A DNA stretch of 63,929 nt, counting the filler, from an uncultured Methanosarcinales archaeon (lineage in GTDB: Archaea > Nanobdellota > Nanobdellia > Woesearchaeales > CAZKBD01), in NCBI GenBank assembly GCA_964550945.1. It is 5 parts of 5 records of this genome, joined end to end, with 100 filler letters (N's around TTAATTAATTAA, not from the genome) between each part and the next. Parts side by side here need not be neighbours in the genome. Positions count along the whole stretch, not along the records: positions 45,034 to 59,745 come from CAZKBD010000045.1; 4 more parts are not named here. One strand, given 5' to 3'. Of this stretch, positions 47,768-56,498 are shown piece after piece. Position 1 is the stretch's first letter, and every line of letters begins with the position of its first letter. A model generated the notes under the pieces. It was not told the origin of the DNA. It made no database searches and worked only from the letters and a program-made list of their open reading frames with translations. Position numbers and translations under genes: made by a program.

Positions 47768-48709
47768 TTACTCCCAGAAATCTCTCGCAGCATCTTTTAA
47801 TTCTTCCCATTCTTTTTCAGCAATTTTATCTGGATCATCACCACAAACAGTTTTTACAAATTGCTGATTTTCATCATAGATATTGTAAAATGACTGCTTT
47901 ACTGTTTTTCCAATTGAACCATCAGAATTAATCATTGTTTTCTGCATAAAAGCCATAGTGGTTTGACTAGATTGATCACCACAATACCAATAATTTGGAT
48001 TTTGGCCTTGCTTGCTTCCTTTATGACAATAGATTGTTCCAAAATTAAAGCCCAACATAGTATTAGTGTCATACGGTGCTATCTGCCATCCTTCAAATTT
48101 TTTAACATCCATAAATGGTAATAATCCTTCCACTTTTCTAAGTGGGACATTTATTTGAGGACACTCTTTTGAGATAGTCGCTGGTAATATGTTATTTAAG
48201 GAATCTAAAATGCCCCCAGTATTTGTACTGGTACTTTGTGATGTTGAATAAACCATATTTTGCTGATTTGAAGATGAAGATTGTGTAAAGAATAATAATA
48301 ACAGGAGTAGGACTACTGAAACCCACAAAATAGTTTTTGTAATGTTAAATCTTCTCACAAGATATGCAACTAAAACAAGACCAAGTGATGTCAGCAATAG
48401 AGAAATTAGATAATTATTAATGTTTAATATATTTGTTAGAATGAAGAAACTCCAAATTGTAACAGAATTAATAACAGACCAAAATATAAACCATTTATCA
48501 ACAACAAATCGCTTTTTGGCAGTAAATATTTTTGCTATTCTTGCAAAGATTGTTACACCACATCCCATAAGAAGCAACTGAATAAAACTATTCTGAAAAT
48601 TGAGATAATTTAGTATCCTACTTAAGAGAAATAATGAAATTGAATGGATAACTATCCAAATTAAAGACCATTTGAGACTGAATTTAGTTTTCTTCTTTTT
48701 AGGTTTCAT
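47768..48709 (-). CDS. Multi-TM protein with Cys-containing extracellular domain
   Basis: 5 TM then CHKGSKQGQNPNYWYC. Confidence 0.75.
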   Translation of the reverse strand: MKPKKKKTKFSLKWSLIWIVIHSISLFLLSRILNYLNFQNSFIQLLLMGCGVTIFARIAKIFTAKKRFVVDKWFIFWSVINSVTIWSFFILTNILNINNYLISLLLTSLGLVLVAYLVRRFNITKTILWVSVVLLLLLLFFTQSSSSNQQNMVYSTSQSTSTNTGGILDSLNNILPATISKECPQINVPLRKVEGLLPFMDVKKFEGWQIAPYDTNTMLGFNFGTIYCHKGSKQGQNPNYWYCGDQSSQTTMAFMQKTMINSDGSIGKTVKQSFYNIYDENQQFVKTVCGDDPDKIAEKEWEELKDAARDFWE

Positions 48710-48864
48710 TTTCGATATCCTAATTCCTTAATTGCCTCATGAAAAATTGCTGTTGGACTATAATGGTTCTTCTTCAACCAATAACTGATATCATCTGTTA
48801 TTCTAACAGTTATATGTTTTGTTCTTTCTCTTCTGCTCCTTTTCTTACATCTGTTTGGATCCAT
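48706..48864 (-). CDS. Small RHH-like DNA-binding protein (52 aa, not in ORF track)
   Basis: ...RTKHITVRITDDISYWLKKNHYSPTAIFHEAIKELGY; ATGA overlap with downstream gene. Confidence 0.65.
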   Translation of the reverse strand: MDPNRCKKRSRRERTKHITVRITDDISYWLKKNHYSPTAIFHEAIKELGYRK

Positions 48865-48878
48865 TTTCAATCTGTATA

Positions 48879-48919
48879 TACATAAATAAATACATAAATA
48901 AATACATAAATAAATACAT
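48879..48919. repeat. Tandem 12-bp repeat (TACATAAATAAA)x3.4
   Basis: Read directly; lies between TATA box and RHH start. Confidence 0.85.
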
Positions 48920-49000
48920 CAAGTATATAAATCTTGCTATTTTTGAGTGTGCCCCTTGACGATTGTCCTTGATACGGTATTTCTTTCGACTTTTCATTCA

Positions 49001-49027
49001 AAATCCAACAGAACTTTAGAATGCAAA
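49001..49027 (+). repeat. 27-bp direct repeat, left copy
   Basis: AAATCCAACAGAACTTTAGAATGCAAA, identical at 49963-49989. Confidence 0.85.
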
Positions 49028-49097
49028 AAGTTTACATTAGGTTATAAACCTCGATGTTCAGCAAATTATAAATACTAATCTGCAACAGATATAAACA

Positions 49098-49520
49098 ATG
49101 GCAGACAAATACTGGTTTGACACATGCATCTGGAGAGATTTCTATGAGAATAGGTTCAGTAAAGCAGGAAATCCATTGGGTGAATACGCCACAAACGCAT
49201 TTATGAAAATATTTAGGAAAGGTTGTAAAGTTTTATTTTCCGAATCCCTCATAAGAGAACTACACAAAGATTATAGCACGGACGAAATCAATGATATGCT
49301 TAACCTCCTTTTTATGAGCAATATTCTTTTTAAAGTTGATATAACCCGAGAAGACTATCTTGAAGCAAAAGATTTATCAGAAAAGAGAAACCTTCCCTTT
49401 GTTGATTGCCTAAATGCTGTACAATCTAGGAATCATAAATCAATAATGGTCTCTCAAGATGAGCACTTTACAAAAAATCTTTCAGACATTGTCAAAGTAA
49501 TAAAACCTCAGGATCTCTAG
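49098..49520 (+). CDS. PIN-domain (VapC-like) protein
   Basis: FDTCIW, E, LPFVDCL, SQDEHF acidic tetrad. Confidence 0.88.
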   Translation: MADKYWFDTCIWRDFYENRFSKAGNPLGEYATNAFMKIFRKGCKVLFSESLIRELHKDYSTDEINDMLNLLFMSNILFKVDITREDYLEAKDLSEKRNLPFVDCLNAVQSRNHKSIMVSQDEHFTKNLSDIVKVIKPQDL

Positions 49521-49783
49521 CTGAATCTTTTGCCTAACTCTGCCATTAATTCCCTGCTAACTGCTTGTTTTGTCTTTAGATTATCCTTATATGTTGTTTT
49601 CTTCCTGGCTTTTCCCCGATACTTCAAGAACTCTTTCATCAATTCTTCCTTGCTTAGCTCAGCAAGCTTGTCTCTTACAGCTTCCCTGATAAACTCAGTC
49701 CTGGAATTAAAGTTATGCTCAGTTATAGTCTCGTCTATCTTTTTCAATACATCTTCCTGGAACTTAACAGTTACGGCTTCCAT
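49517..49783 (-). CDS. CopG/RHH antitoxin-like regulator
   Basis: VTVKF...IDE...FNSRTEFIREAVR. Confidence 0.88.
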   Translation of the reverse strand: MEAVTVKFQEDVLKKIDETITEHNFNSRTEFIREAVRDKLAELSKEELMKEFLKYRGKARKKTTYKDNLKTKQAVSRELMAELGKRFS

Positions 49784-49962
49784 TGTATGCCGGAGTAATA
49801 CATAGTATTATTTAAAACTTTTGAAAATTCAGCTATTCTTCACCCCCAACCCCACAGAATAGCCAACAGCCTCTGATTCCTAACGCTCAAAGTGCGCCTC
49901 TTTGCCTTCTAAATTCTAGTCCCGTCTTCGGCTTGTTTTGCCACAATTCAGACTTCCGTTCG

Positions 49963-49989
49963 AAATCCAACAGAACTTTAGAATGCAAA
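49963..49989 (+). repeat. 27-bp direct repeat, right copy
   Basis: Identical to 49001-49027. Confidence 0.85.
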
Positions 49990-50061
49990 CAATTTACCAA
50001 TTATCTTATCATGAGCCTTTTCTGCAGTATATCTAACGGGTTTGCCTTTTTTGGATAGAGT

Positions 50062-50205
50062 TTATATCAACCCAATAGAGCTGGTTGGGAGAGACTGATC
50101 TTCTTCAACAATAAGGATCTTTTTTGGAATCTTAAAAAGACATTCGTCACAATACAACCTATCATTAGCTATTTCAGACCTACATTTTAAACAGTTGTTT
50201 GTCAT
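50062..50205 (-). CDS. Small zinc-finger protein (47 aa, not in ORF track)
   Basis: MTNNCLKCRSEIANDRLYCDEC; AGGGGGGA SD. Confidence 0.5.
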   Translation of the reverse strand: MTNNCLKCRSEIANDRLYCDECLFKIPKKILIVEEDQSLPTSSIGLI

Positions 50206-50760
50206 TATAATCCCCCCTGGGTTTAGTTTTTTAGCAATATTATATCTGGTTATAATTGATCGACCAGTTTATTTCATAATTACTAAACCCAATTCTCTTT
50301 TTGCTCTAGCCTGCTTTTGTTTACTATGCTACTATTTTCAAATAAACTGTCAAATTCGCTTATTGTGTTTTTGGTTACAAAGTGATCAGCATTACTAAAC
50401 AATACTTTTTGTTCCATTTTCTACCTCGCAATATCTGTTCTACGCTTTTTATCAACTAATTCTATATACTCGCCATCCTCGTTTTCAATAATCGCCTTTC
50501 CCTGGAATTCAAACATTTTTTACATCCTCCGATACAATTGATAAAATCCCTATTTATCTTCAAAATCGTACATAACGTCTTCAGAGCCATATCTATGAAA
50601 GATCCAATATGGATTTTCGTCAAATGGTTTTCTCTCAAAATTTGTCATTTTAATCATCTTTGATTGTTAAATGCAAGATTAGGCAGATTCTTTACAATCC
50701 CTTTCTACCCTAAGTTGCTTGTTTTTGCCTATCTATCTGCATTCGCCTCATTTTTTCTAA

Positions 50761-50877
50761 CTACTCACTTGGTTTTTCACAGTAAGGACAAATTAATGCA
50801 AGCCCGACAAGTTTTACCTTGCCTTTTATTTGCCTCTTGCAATGCTTACAAATAGCTGTCCTGGTTGTTTTAACCAT
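50761..50877 (-). CDS. Small zinc-ribbon protein (38 aa, not in ORF track)
   Basis: CKHC...CPYC. Confidence 0.5.
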   Translation of the reverse strand: MVKTTRTAICKHCKRQIKGKVKLVGLALICPYCEKPSE

Positions 50878-50949
50878 ATCTACATATTAAGCAGGATAAC
50901 TATAACTAGTTAGGGTAGTAGAAATTATCTAAAATGCCTTAGAAAGTTG

Positions 50950-51504
50950 TTATTTACCCAAGAAAAATTGATTTGTACTGGCTAATTTTTTATCGAGGAT
51001 ATAGTTCAATAAACCAACAGAACTTGTTTTAATCATCCTATCCACTGAAAATGGATATACATGCACTATCTCAATCTCTTTAGAGTATTTTGCCTGTAAT
51101 TTCATAAGATACCTGTCCTTTTGGTCTATATTCTTAAATCCCATAACAAGGAGATGAGAGATATTTGATTCAGGAATACGATAACAGGTTATCACTTCTG
51201 GGATTTTTTGTATATTCTGGGCGATTTGCTCTTCAGAATATTTCCCCCAGACATATTGAGTGAATTTTATACCAAGAACAACCAGTGCTTCAATTCCTAT
51301 TTTTTTAAAATCAATTATCGGCATATACCCCCTTATGATCCCCACACGCTCTAGTTTATGCCTGATCTTAAAGATCGCTTGTTGAGAAAGCCCCATTTTT
51401 TTAGCTATTTCTAAATCCGGGATTTTAGCCTGTTCAATAATCTTTTTCAGAACTTTTTGTTCGTTTTTTGTTAATTTTGGCAGGTTAATATCTGGCTTTT
51501 CCAT
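50950..51504 (-). CDS. Lrp/AsnC family transcriptional regulator
   Basis: HTH EIAKKMGLSQQAI...LERVGIIRGYMPIIDFKKIG. Confidence 0.88.
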   Translation of the reverse strand: MEKPDINLPKLTKNEQKVLKKIIEQAKIPDLEIAKKMGLSQQAIFKIRHKLERVGIIRGYMPIIDFKKIGIEALVVLGIKFTQYVWGKYSEEQIAQNIQKIPEVITCYRIPESNISHLLVMGFKNIDQKDRYLMKLQAKYSKEIEIVHVYPFSVDRMIKTSSVGLLNYILDKKLASTNQFFLGK

Positions 51505-51662
51505 ATTAATGACGAAGACGATATCCTATATAAAGGTTCTTATCATCTCATTACCCAATTTTATTAGAATTATTTCCTCAGCCATTCAATTTATTCTGTA
51601 GACAACCCTAATCAGTCTGAAATTGTATTGGTCCTGTTTTTATATTATATAACCTAAAACGG

Positions 51663-52289
51663 TTATTTATCCTTTGTGGTTATATCATCTAACTTAGCTA
51701 AGATAGCCTTCCGAGCAAGCCTCTCGGGAAGCAGCACAGGGATGAACTTATATTCCAATTTCCAGAAATCAAAAAAATCACGAGCTTGTTCTATTTTGAT
51801 TAGGGGAACAAAAATGGTGTTGTCAGAGATTTTTATTCCTTCAAAGGTGCCTATTGCGCCGTTAGATCCGCCTCTGCCATTAAGCGCATAGTAAAATCTA
51901 GTCTTAGTGGTGTTATCCAACTGGCTTGTTTCATAGATAAAGGCTCCAAAAGAAGCAAAACCATAATCAGAAGCTGTATAGTGAGACTTAACCAAGCTAA
52001 ATCCCTCAAACAAATAGCCTTCTCGTCCATCAAAATGTCTATCTAAGCAAGTTTTTAATGTTTTGGATATTACTGATATATTTGCGGGCATTTTTTTTCT
52101 ATAATCATATTCAAGATTTTTATCGATATTTTCTTTAAAAATCATTAAAATATCAATATCAGAAGGTTTTTCTTTGCCCCTCATAAATGAGCCAAAAACA
52201 ACTATGTCTTCTATCTTACCTATATTTCTTTTATAGAAACTTTTAGTTATTTTCTTTAATTGAGTAATTTTTGAGTTCATTTTCAACAA
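51663..52289 (-). CDS. Nucleotidyltransferase (MNT) with C-terminal extension
   Basis: VFGSFMRGK..PSDIDI; RFYYALNGRG tail. Confidence 0.82.
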   Translation of the reverse strand: MLKMNSKITQLKKITKSFYKRNIGKIEDIVVFGSFMRGKEKPSDIDILMIFKENIDKNLEYDYRKKMPANISVISKTLKTCLDRHFDGREGYLFEGFSLVKSHYTASDYGFASFGAFIYETSQLDNTTKTRFYYALNGRGGSNGAIGTFEGIKISDNTIFVPLIKIEQARDFFDFWKLEYKFIPVLLPERLARKAILAKLDDITTKDK

Positions 52290-52578
52290 TCCTTTTTATC
52301 CTATCACATTCTTCTCTGGTCAATAACTTAGAATAAGTATCCCTGTAGGTATTAAACTCTTTATCCAGCTCTCTGTAAGTAGAAGGAAAGCCTTTTTTAA
52401 GGAACTGAAATCTTTCGGTGTGGTCTTTTGGGCTTTGACCAATCTTGTTTAACAGTATAAAATCTTGCAAGGCAAACCATGTCTTGAAATACAGAATTAC
52501 AGCTGAGGTGTAATCTTTTAAATCATATAAAGTATCGGCTGATATTTTGAATTTGATAATCTGGTCTTTAGTCAGCAT
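52243..52578 (-). CDS. HEPN-like partner protein
   Basis: AVILYFK, PKDHTERF, YRDTY; overlaps MNT gene. Confidence 0.7.
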   Translation of the reverse strand: MLTKDQIIKFKISADTLYDLKDYTSAVILYFKTWFALQDFILLNKIGQSPKDHTERFQFLKKGFPSTYRELDKEFNTYRDTYSKLLTREECDRIKRIVENELKNYSIKENN

Positions 52579-52634
52579 GTTATACTATAAAACAGTTATG
52601 TTATATTTAAACTTTTGGGTTAGAGTGTATAACA

Positions 52635-53840
52635 TCATTTCTTTAACCACTCAACCTCTTCTTTTGACAATTCAAGCTCTTCTGTTATCTGGTTAGCCAT
52701 TTGCCTGTTTTTTTGGAAAATAATTTGAAAATAAGGCATGTCTTTTATGATTTCTTTTATTGAGGAATGTGTTTTTTCTGCTATTTTTGCTGCAATTGCT
52801 TTTTTCTTTGCTAATTTCTGGTTGGCCCACCATATCTTCAATAATTTACCGGTTGGCTTATACTGCACCATGTGCTTGTATTTCTCGTCTTTTGATAAAG
52901 CAACTCCAGCAGTTATTAACTCGTTGATATAAACCAAGAAACGCCAGTGCTGCCATCTTCTTATCCTTCTGTTAAAGACGTCTGCTTTGCTTAGTTTATC
53001 ATAAGCTCGAGCCAGATCTTTTGGCTTTGTGTATTCTCTTGGTATATTCTCATCAAGCCAGAGCAATTGCTGGTCTAAGTCTTCCCTAACATTTTCAAAA
53101 GCTGTTAATGCCACTTTTGGATCCGTTGTTTTGAATATCTTAAACAGGGCATTGAGTATAGTGTCTTCCTTATTCCTTTCGTATAATTCTTCCAGGCTTT
53201 CTTTTGTTAGCTCTTTTGTCTCAAAAGAAAGGGTTTGCAAGTCGTTTATTGCTGCCCTGCAATCACCGCCTGATCTTCTTGCTAATGACTTTAATATTTC
53301 ATCCTGGAATCTTATCTTTTCTTTGATGCAGATATTTTTTAATACATCATAGACTGCTGAATAATCCAACGGCTTAAATTCTATGAGCTGCGTCTTGGAC
53401 CTTAAAGAAGCGAATTTATAGTCCCAGGGATTCTGCATAGTAAGAATTATCGGAAAAGAGGTTTCCTGGATTATCTTAAGTATAGCCTGCAAACCCCCTC
53501 TGTCATTTGTTCCTGACAAGCCGTCAACTTCATCTACCAAAATGAGTTTTCCTCTTGAAAATAAGCTTTGCTGATAGACTGCTGAGCCTAATTTTTCATT
53601 TATCTGCTCTTTATTGCGGACATCGCTAGCATTTATTTCATAAATTTCATAATTAAATTCATGAGCCAAGGCATATATGCTCATGGTTTTTCCAGAGCCG
53701 CTAGGGCCGTAGACCAGGCACGATTTCTTGCTTTGCTGCTTAAACCTCTCAATAAAATGCTTTAATAAGTTTATAGCTGCATCCTGGCCTTTTATCTCTG
53801 CAAGTGTTTTTGGCTGGTATTTTTTTATGAATGGGAGCAT
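52635..53840 (-). CDS. rfcL: Replication factor C large subunit
   Basis: KKYQPK, GPSGSGKT, EINASD.R, DEVDG, GDCRAAINDLQ, WLDENIP. Confidence 0.94.
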   Translation of the reverse strand: MLPFIKKYQPKTLAEIKGQDAAINLLKHFIERFKQQSKKSCLVYGPSGSGKTMSIYALAHEFNYEIYEINASDVRNKEQINEKLGSAVYQQSLFSRGKLILVDEVDGLSGTNDRGGLQAILKIIQETSFPIILTMQNPWDYKFASLRSKTQLIEFKPLDYSAVYDVLKNICIKEKIRFQDEILKSLARRSGGDCRAAINDLQTLSFETKELTKESLEELYERNKEDTILNALFKIFKTTDPKVALTAFENVREDLDQQLLWLDENIPREYTKPKDLARAYDKLSKADVFNRRIRRWQHWRFLVYINELITAGVALSKDEKYKHMVQYKPTGKLLKIWWANQKLAKKKAIAAKIAEKTHSSIKEIIKDMPYFQIIFQKNRQMANQITEELELSKEEVEWLKK

Positions 53841-53866
53841 AATTAAAGGGAAGAATAAGAGGTTTA

Positions 53867-55045
53867 TTAAGATTTTGGTGCAGCAATTAATTTTACCAAT
53901 TGTTGAATGTATTGCGCAGGATCTTGACCATTGCAGAAGGCCTTCTGAACAGCACCTGGAGTTGGTTCTGAAATCATATGGTGTAGAAAAATTAATTTAT
54001 CAGGTTTGTTTAATGAGTTATACAAACTCAATAAACCGTGCAGGGCTGGTGCAATTTGTGCAGGATTATGAGTTTCTGCTAAAAGTGCACTTGTCCTGTA
54101 AGCTGCATCAGCACGATTGGCCTCATGCAGTTGTACAAAACTATCCCCTAATAAGCAATACCAGCATGGATTTTGAGGATCAGTAGTTGTTTTTGCAATT
54201 AAGGATTTTACTCTGTTGATTTCTCTTGTTGCCTTGGCTTGTTCCTGCCATTTATGATATTGTGTTGCTTGAGTATGCAACCAAGTTAATACATTATCTT
54301 TTTCGGCGCTTTTCTGTAAATGACCCAAATATTCAACAATCTTGCCAGTTGCTGGAATAAACCGGCTTCTGGCGTAACTTTGTTTTGGAGTAGTGTCAAG
54401 ATATTCTAATCTTGCGGCTTTAGGTGCAAAATAGCCTCTGGCAGCAGTGTTTCCACTTTGTGCAATTGCTCTGTATAACCCATGGAGTGATTGTAATACT
54501 TTATGAGTTAGTTCTAAATCAAGAGTCTGCCAAGCAAAGGCAGCACAAAATTCATATGTACCAACAGCTTCAAAAGGTGTTTTTAATTTTGCGCAGCTGC
54601 TAGCTAAAGTCTCCAAGGATTTTGGCAAAGCTTTACAACCAAATGCCTGCATTGAAAGCTGTGCAGCCATTTTGTGATAATTTTGTGTGTTGCCTTCAGA
54701 ATCCAGGAAAGCTGCTAGTTCCATATATGGCACAACATCTTTTGGTTGTGCGGCAATTGCTGCTCGATACTTCTCAATAACCTGATCAATAGTAGATGCT
54801 CCCACTGGAAGGTGTGTTGATTGCGCTGCTAATCTTGCTTGCTCTAATGGCGGGTCTTTGGCAAATAAATCTAATACAGATGAAAAACCTGATTCTGGTG
54901 CAAATAGGTCTGTTTCTAGTTTAAGATTTGGATCAGGTGCAAATAAGGCCTCGACAATTTTGGGACGTCGTATTGCACCTGGTGGTGCAGTTGTCCTTCT
55001 ATGATCTTCTTCAGTTTTTGCTGAGTTTTGTCTCCACCATAACAT
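53867..55045 (-). CDS. Hypothetical alpha-helical (TPR-like) protein
   Basis: Internal repeated helical units; LFAP repeats at N-terminus; AGGTGG SD. Confidence 0.65.
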   Translation of the reverse strand: MLWWRQNSAKTEEDHRRTTAPPGAIRRPKIVEALFAPDPNLKLETDLFAPESGFSSVLDLFAKDPPLEQARLAAQSTHLPVGASTIDQVIEKYRAAIAAQPKDVVPYMELAAFLDSEGNTQNYHKMAAQLSMQAFGCKALPKSLETLASSCAKLKTPFEAVGTYEFCAAFAWQTLDLELTHKVLQSLHGLYRAIAQSGNTAARGYFAPKAARLEYLDTTPKQSYARSRFIPATGKIVEYLGHLQKSAEKDNVLTWLHTQATQYHKWQEQAKATREINRVKSLIAKTTTDPQNPCWYCLLGDSFVQLHEANRADAAYRTSALLAETHNPAQIAPALHGLLSLYNSLNKPDKLIFLHHMISEPTPGAVQKAFCNGQDPAQYIQQLVKLIAAPKS

Positions 55046-55177
55046 TAGTTACCACCTTAACGTAGAAGAATGGTATTTGGCTTTTAAAGATTTCGTGAAT
55101 TCTGGTTTTGAGGCTCACCTCAAGTTGAAACACCCTGCTAAATGTGAGGAATCGCTTCAAAAAGGATAATGTTTAAA

Positions 55178-55957
55178 CTAATCTGAAACATAGCTTCCGG
55201 TAATATTTGCTAATCCAATGAGGTTTCTAGCGTATAACACTAAAAAATTTCCATGGCCTGCAAATACCATTTCAACTTTTGCGCCTTTATTTCCACTATA
55301 GTTAGCTAATAATCCTTCTAATTTCTGGAACCCTTCAAGCCTGATCCCATAAGCATTTTGGTGCGCTTTTAATCCATCCATCACTATTGGTTTAACTGGA
55401 TCGAAATAATCCTGAAATATTTGCGAAAAGACCTCAGAGGGAATAAGCCCGCGTTCTTTTGATTCTGAAAACCATCCTGGCCTATAAGCATAAATGTGAG
55501 TGTACTCGCATAATTTTTCTGCGAGCAGGGCATCATTGGGATTAGTTAATCCAAAAAAAGGAGGGTCATTTTCACCTGCTTCACAATACCCAAAGATTTC
55601 GAATAATTCTCTTTCTAATTCTCGCGTATATCCATCCCATTTTTGCCTGTCTTCTCGCGTTAAGACATTAGAATAAACATTATTCCCAATCTCGTTGATC
55701 ATTGATCCAAAATCTAAAGCGCAGTTTCTTGATGTTGAGGAATTATCCTGAAGATATACTACATGTGAAGTTCGATCAAATTCACCCCCAGGATGATTGT
55801 CATCAAGACCAAATAATCTTGGCAGCATTGGCTCATAATCTGAGCATACTACAAAAGCCAGCCCATCATAAAATAAAGGAGGTATGTTTGCTTTGTCAAG
55901 AACACTTGCCAGATCATCCCTTGACTTTATGTGAATGTTTTTTTGCAGTCCACGCAC
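55178..55957 (-). CDS. Hypothetical protein
   Basis: 259-aa ORF; NEIGN..Y and downstream SEVF resemble a degenerate zincin site. Confidence 0.55.
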   Translation of the reverse strand: MRGLQKNIHIKSRDDLASVLDKANIPPLFYDGLAFVVCSDYEPMLPRLFGLDDNHPGGEFDRTSHVVYLQDNSSTSRNCALDFGSMINEIGNNVYSNVLTREDRQKWDGYTRELERELFEIFGYCEAGENDPPFFGLTNPNDALLAEKLCEYTHIYAYRPGWFSESKERGLIPSEVFSQIFQDYFDPVKPIVMDGLKAHQNAYGIRLEGFQKLEGLLANYSGNKGAKVEMVFAGHGNFLVLYARNLIGLANITGSYVSD

Positions 55958-56184
55958 AAGGATGGCTGATGATTCTGTAGAAGTTGAGTAATATGTCCTT
56001 ATAGTCTGGCCTAATGCGATTGATGCTTATGTTAAAAAAACTGCCGAAGCAGTTAGATATAATAACCTCCTTGGAGTTGTTTTTAATTGCTTTTTAATTC
56101 TTGACAATAACTGCAGCATTTTAATAGCTAAATAATGATTGTGTTTTTAAAAAGATATCTGAAATAAGTTAGCTTTTTTCTTTT

Positions 56185-56401
56185 TGTCAAAAACTACCTA
56201 TCACAGATGAGTGGCATGAAGCATTAGTGTCTGTTAATTATTGATGAACCTGTGGTTTTTGAGTATGAACTGAGAAATTTGCTTTGCAAATTTCTGGTTT
56301 GTTAGAAATGCCTTGCATTTCAAACACTCAGAAACTTTCGATATTACTATTGAAGATTTGATTTCGGCCATCAATTCTAAACTGGCAGGAAGTTTCTGAC
56401 A
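56185..56401. repeat. TGTCA...TGACA repeat, copy 3, centre split by nested double hairpin
   Basis: TCAAAAACTAC/GTGGTTTTTGA, TGAGTAT...ACTCA, TCAGAAACTT/AAGTTTCTGA. Confidence 0.8.
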
Positions 56402-56498
56402 TTTCCAAAATGTTTTAGAAATTGAGGATTTCTAAACCTTTATCGTTTCGCTCTGCTCAACAATAAAGTTTAAATAATAAGCGAGTTCTCCAGTAATC

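Larger units (their letters stand above)
47559..48957. mobile_element. 1.4-kb cargo cassette bounded by perfect 18-bp inverted repeats
   Basis: AAGGGGCACACTCAAAAA (47559-47576) / TTTTTGAGTGTGCCCCTT (48940-48957); AT-rich interior. Confidence 0.7.

Noticed and set aside
48879..49989. CRISPR array
   Set aside because: Tandem repeat has no spacers; the 27-bp repeat has two copies 962 bp apart; no cas genes.
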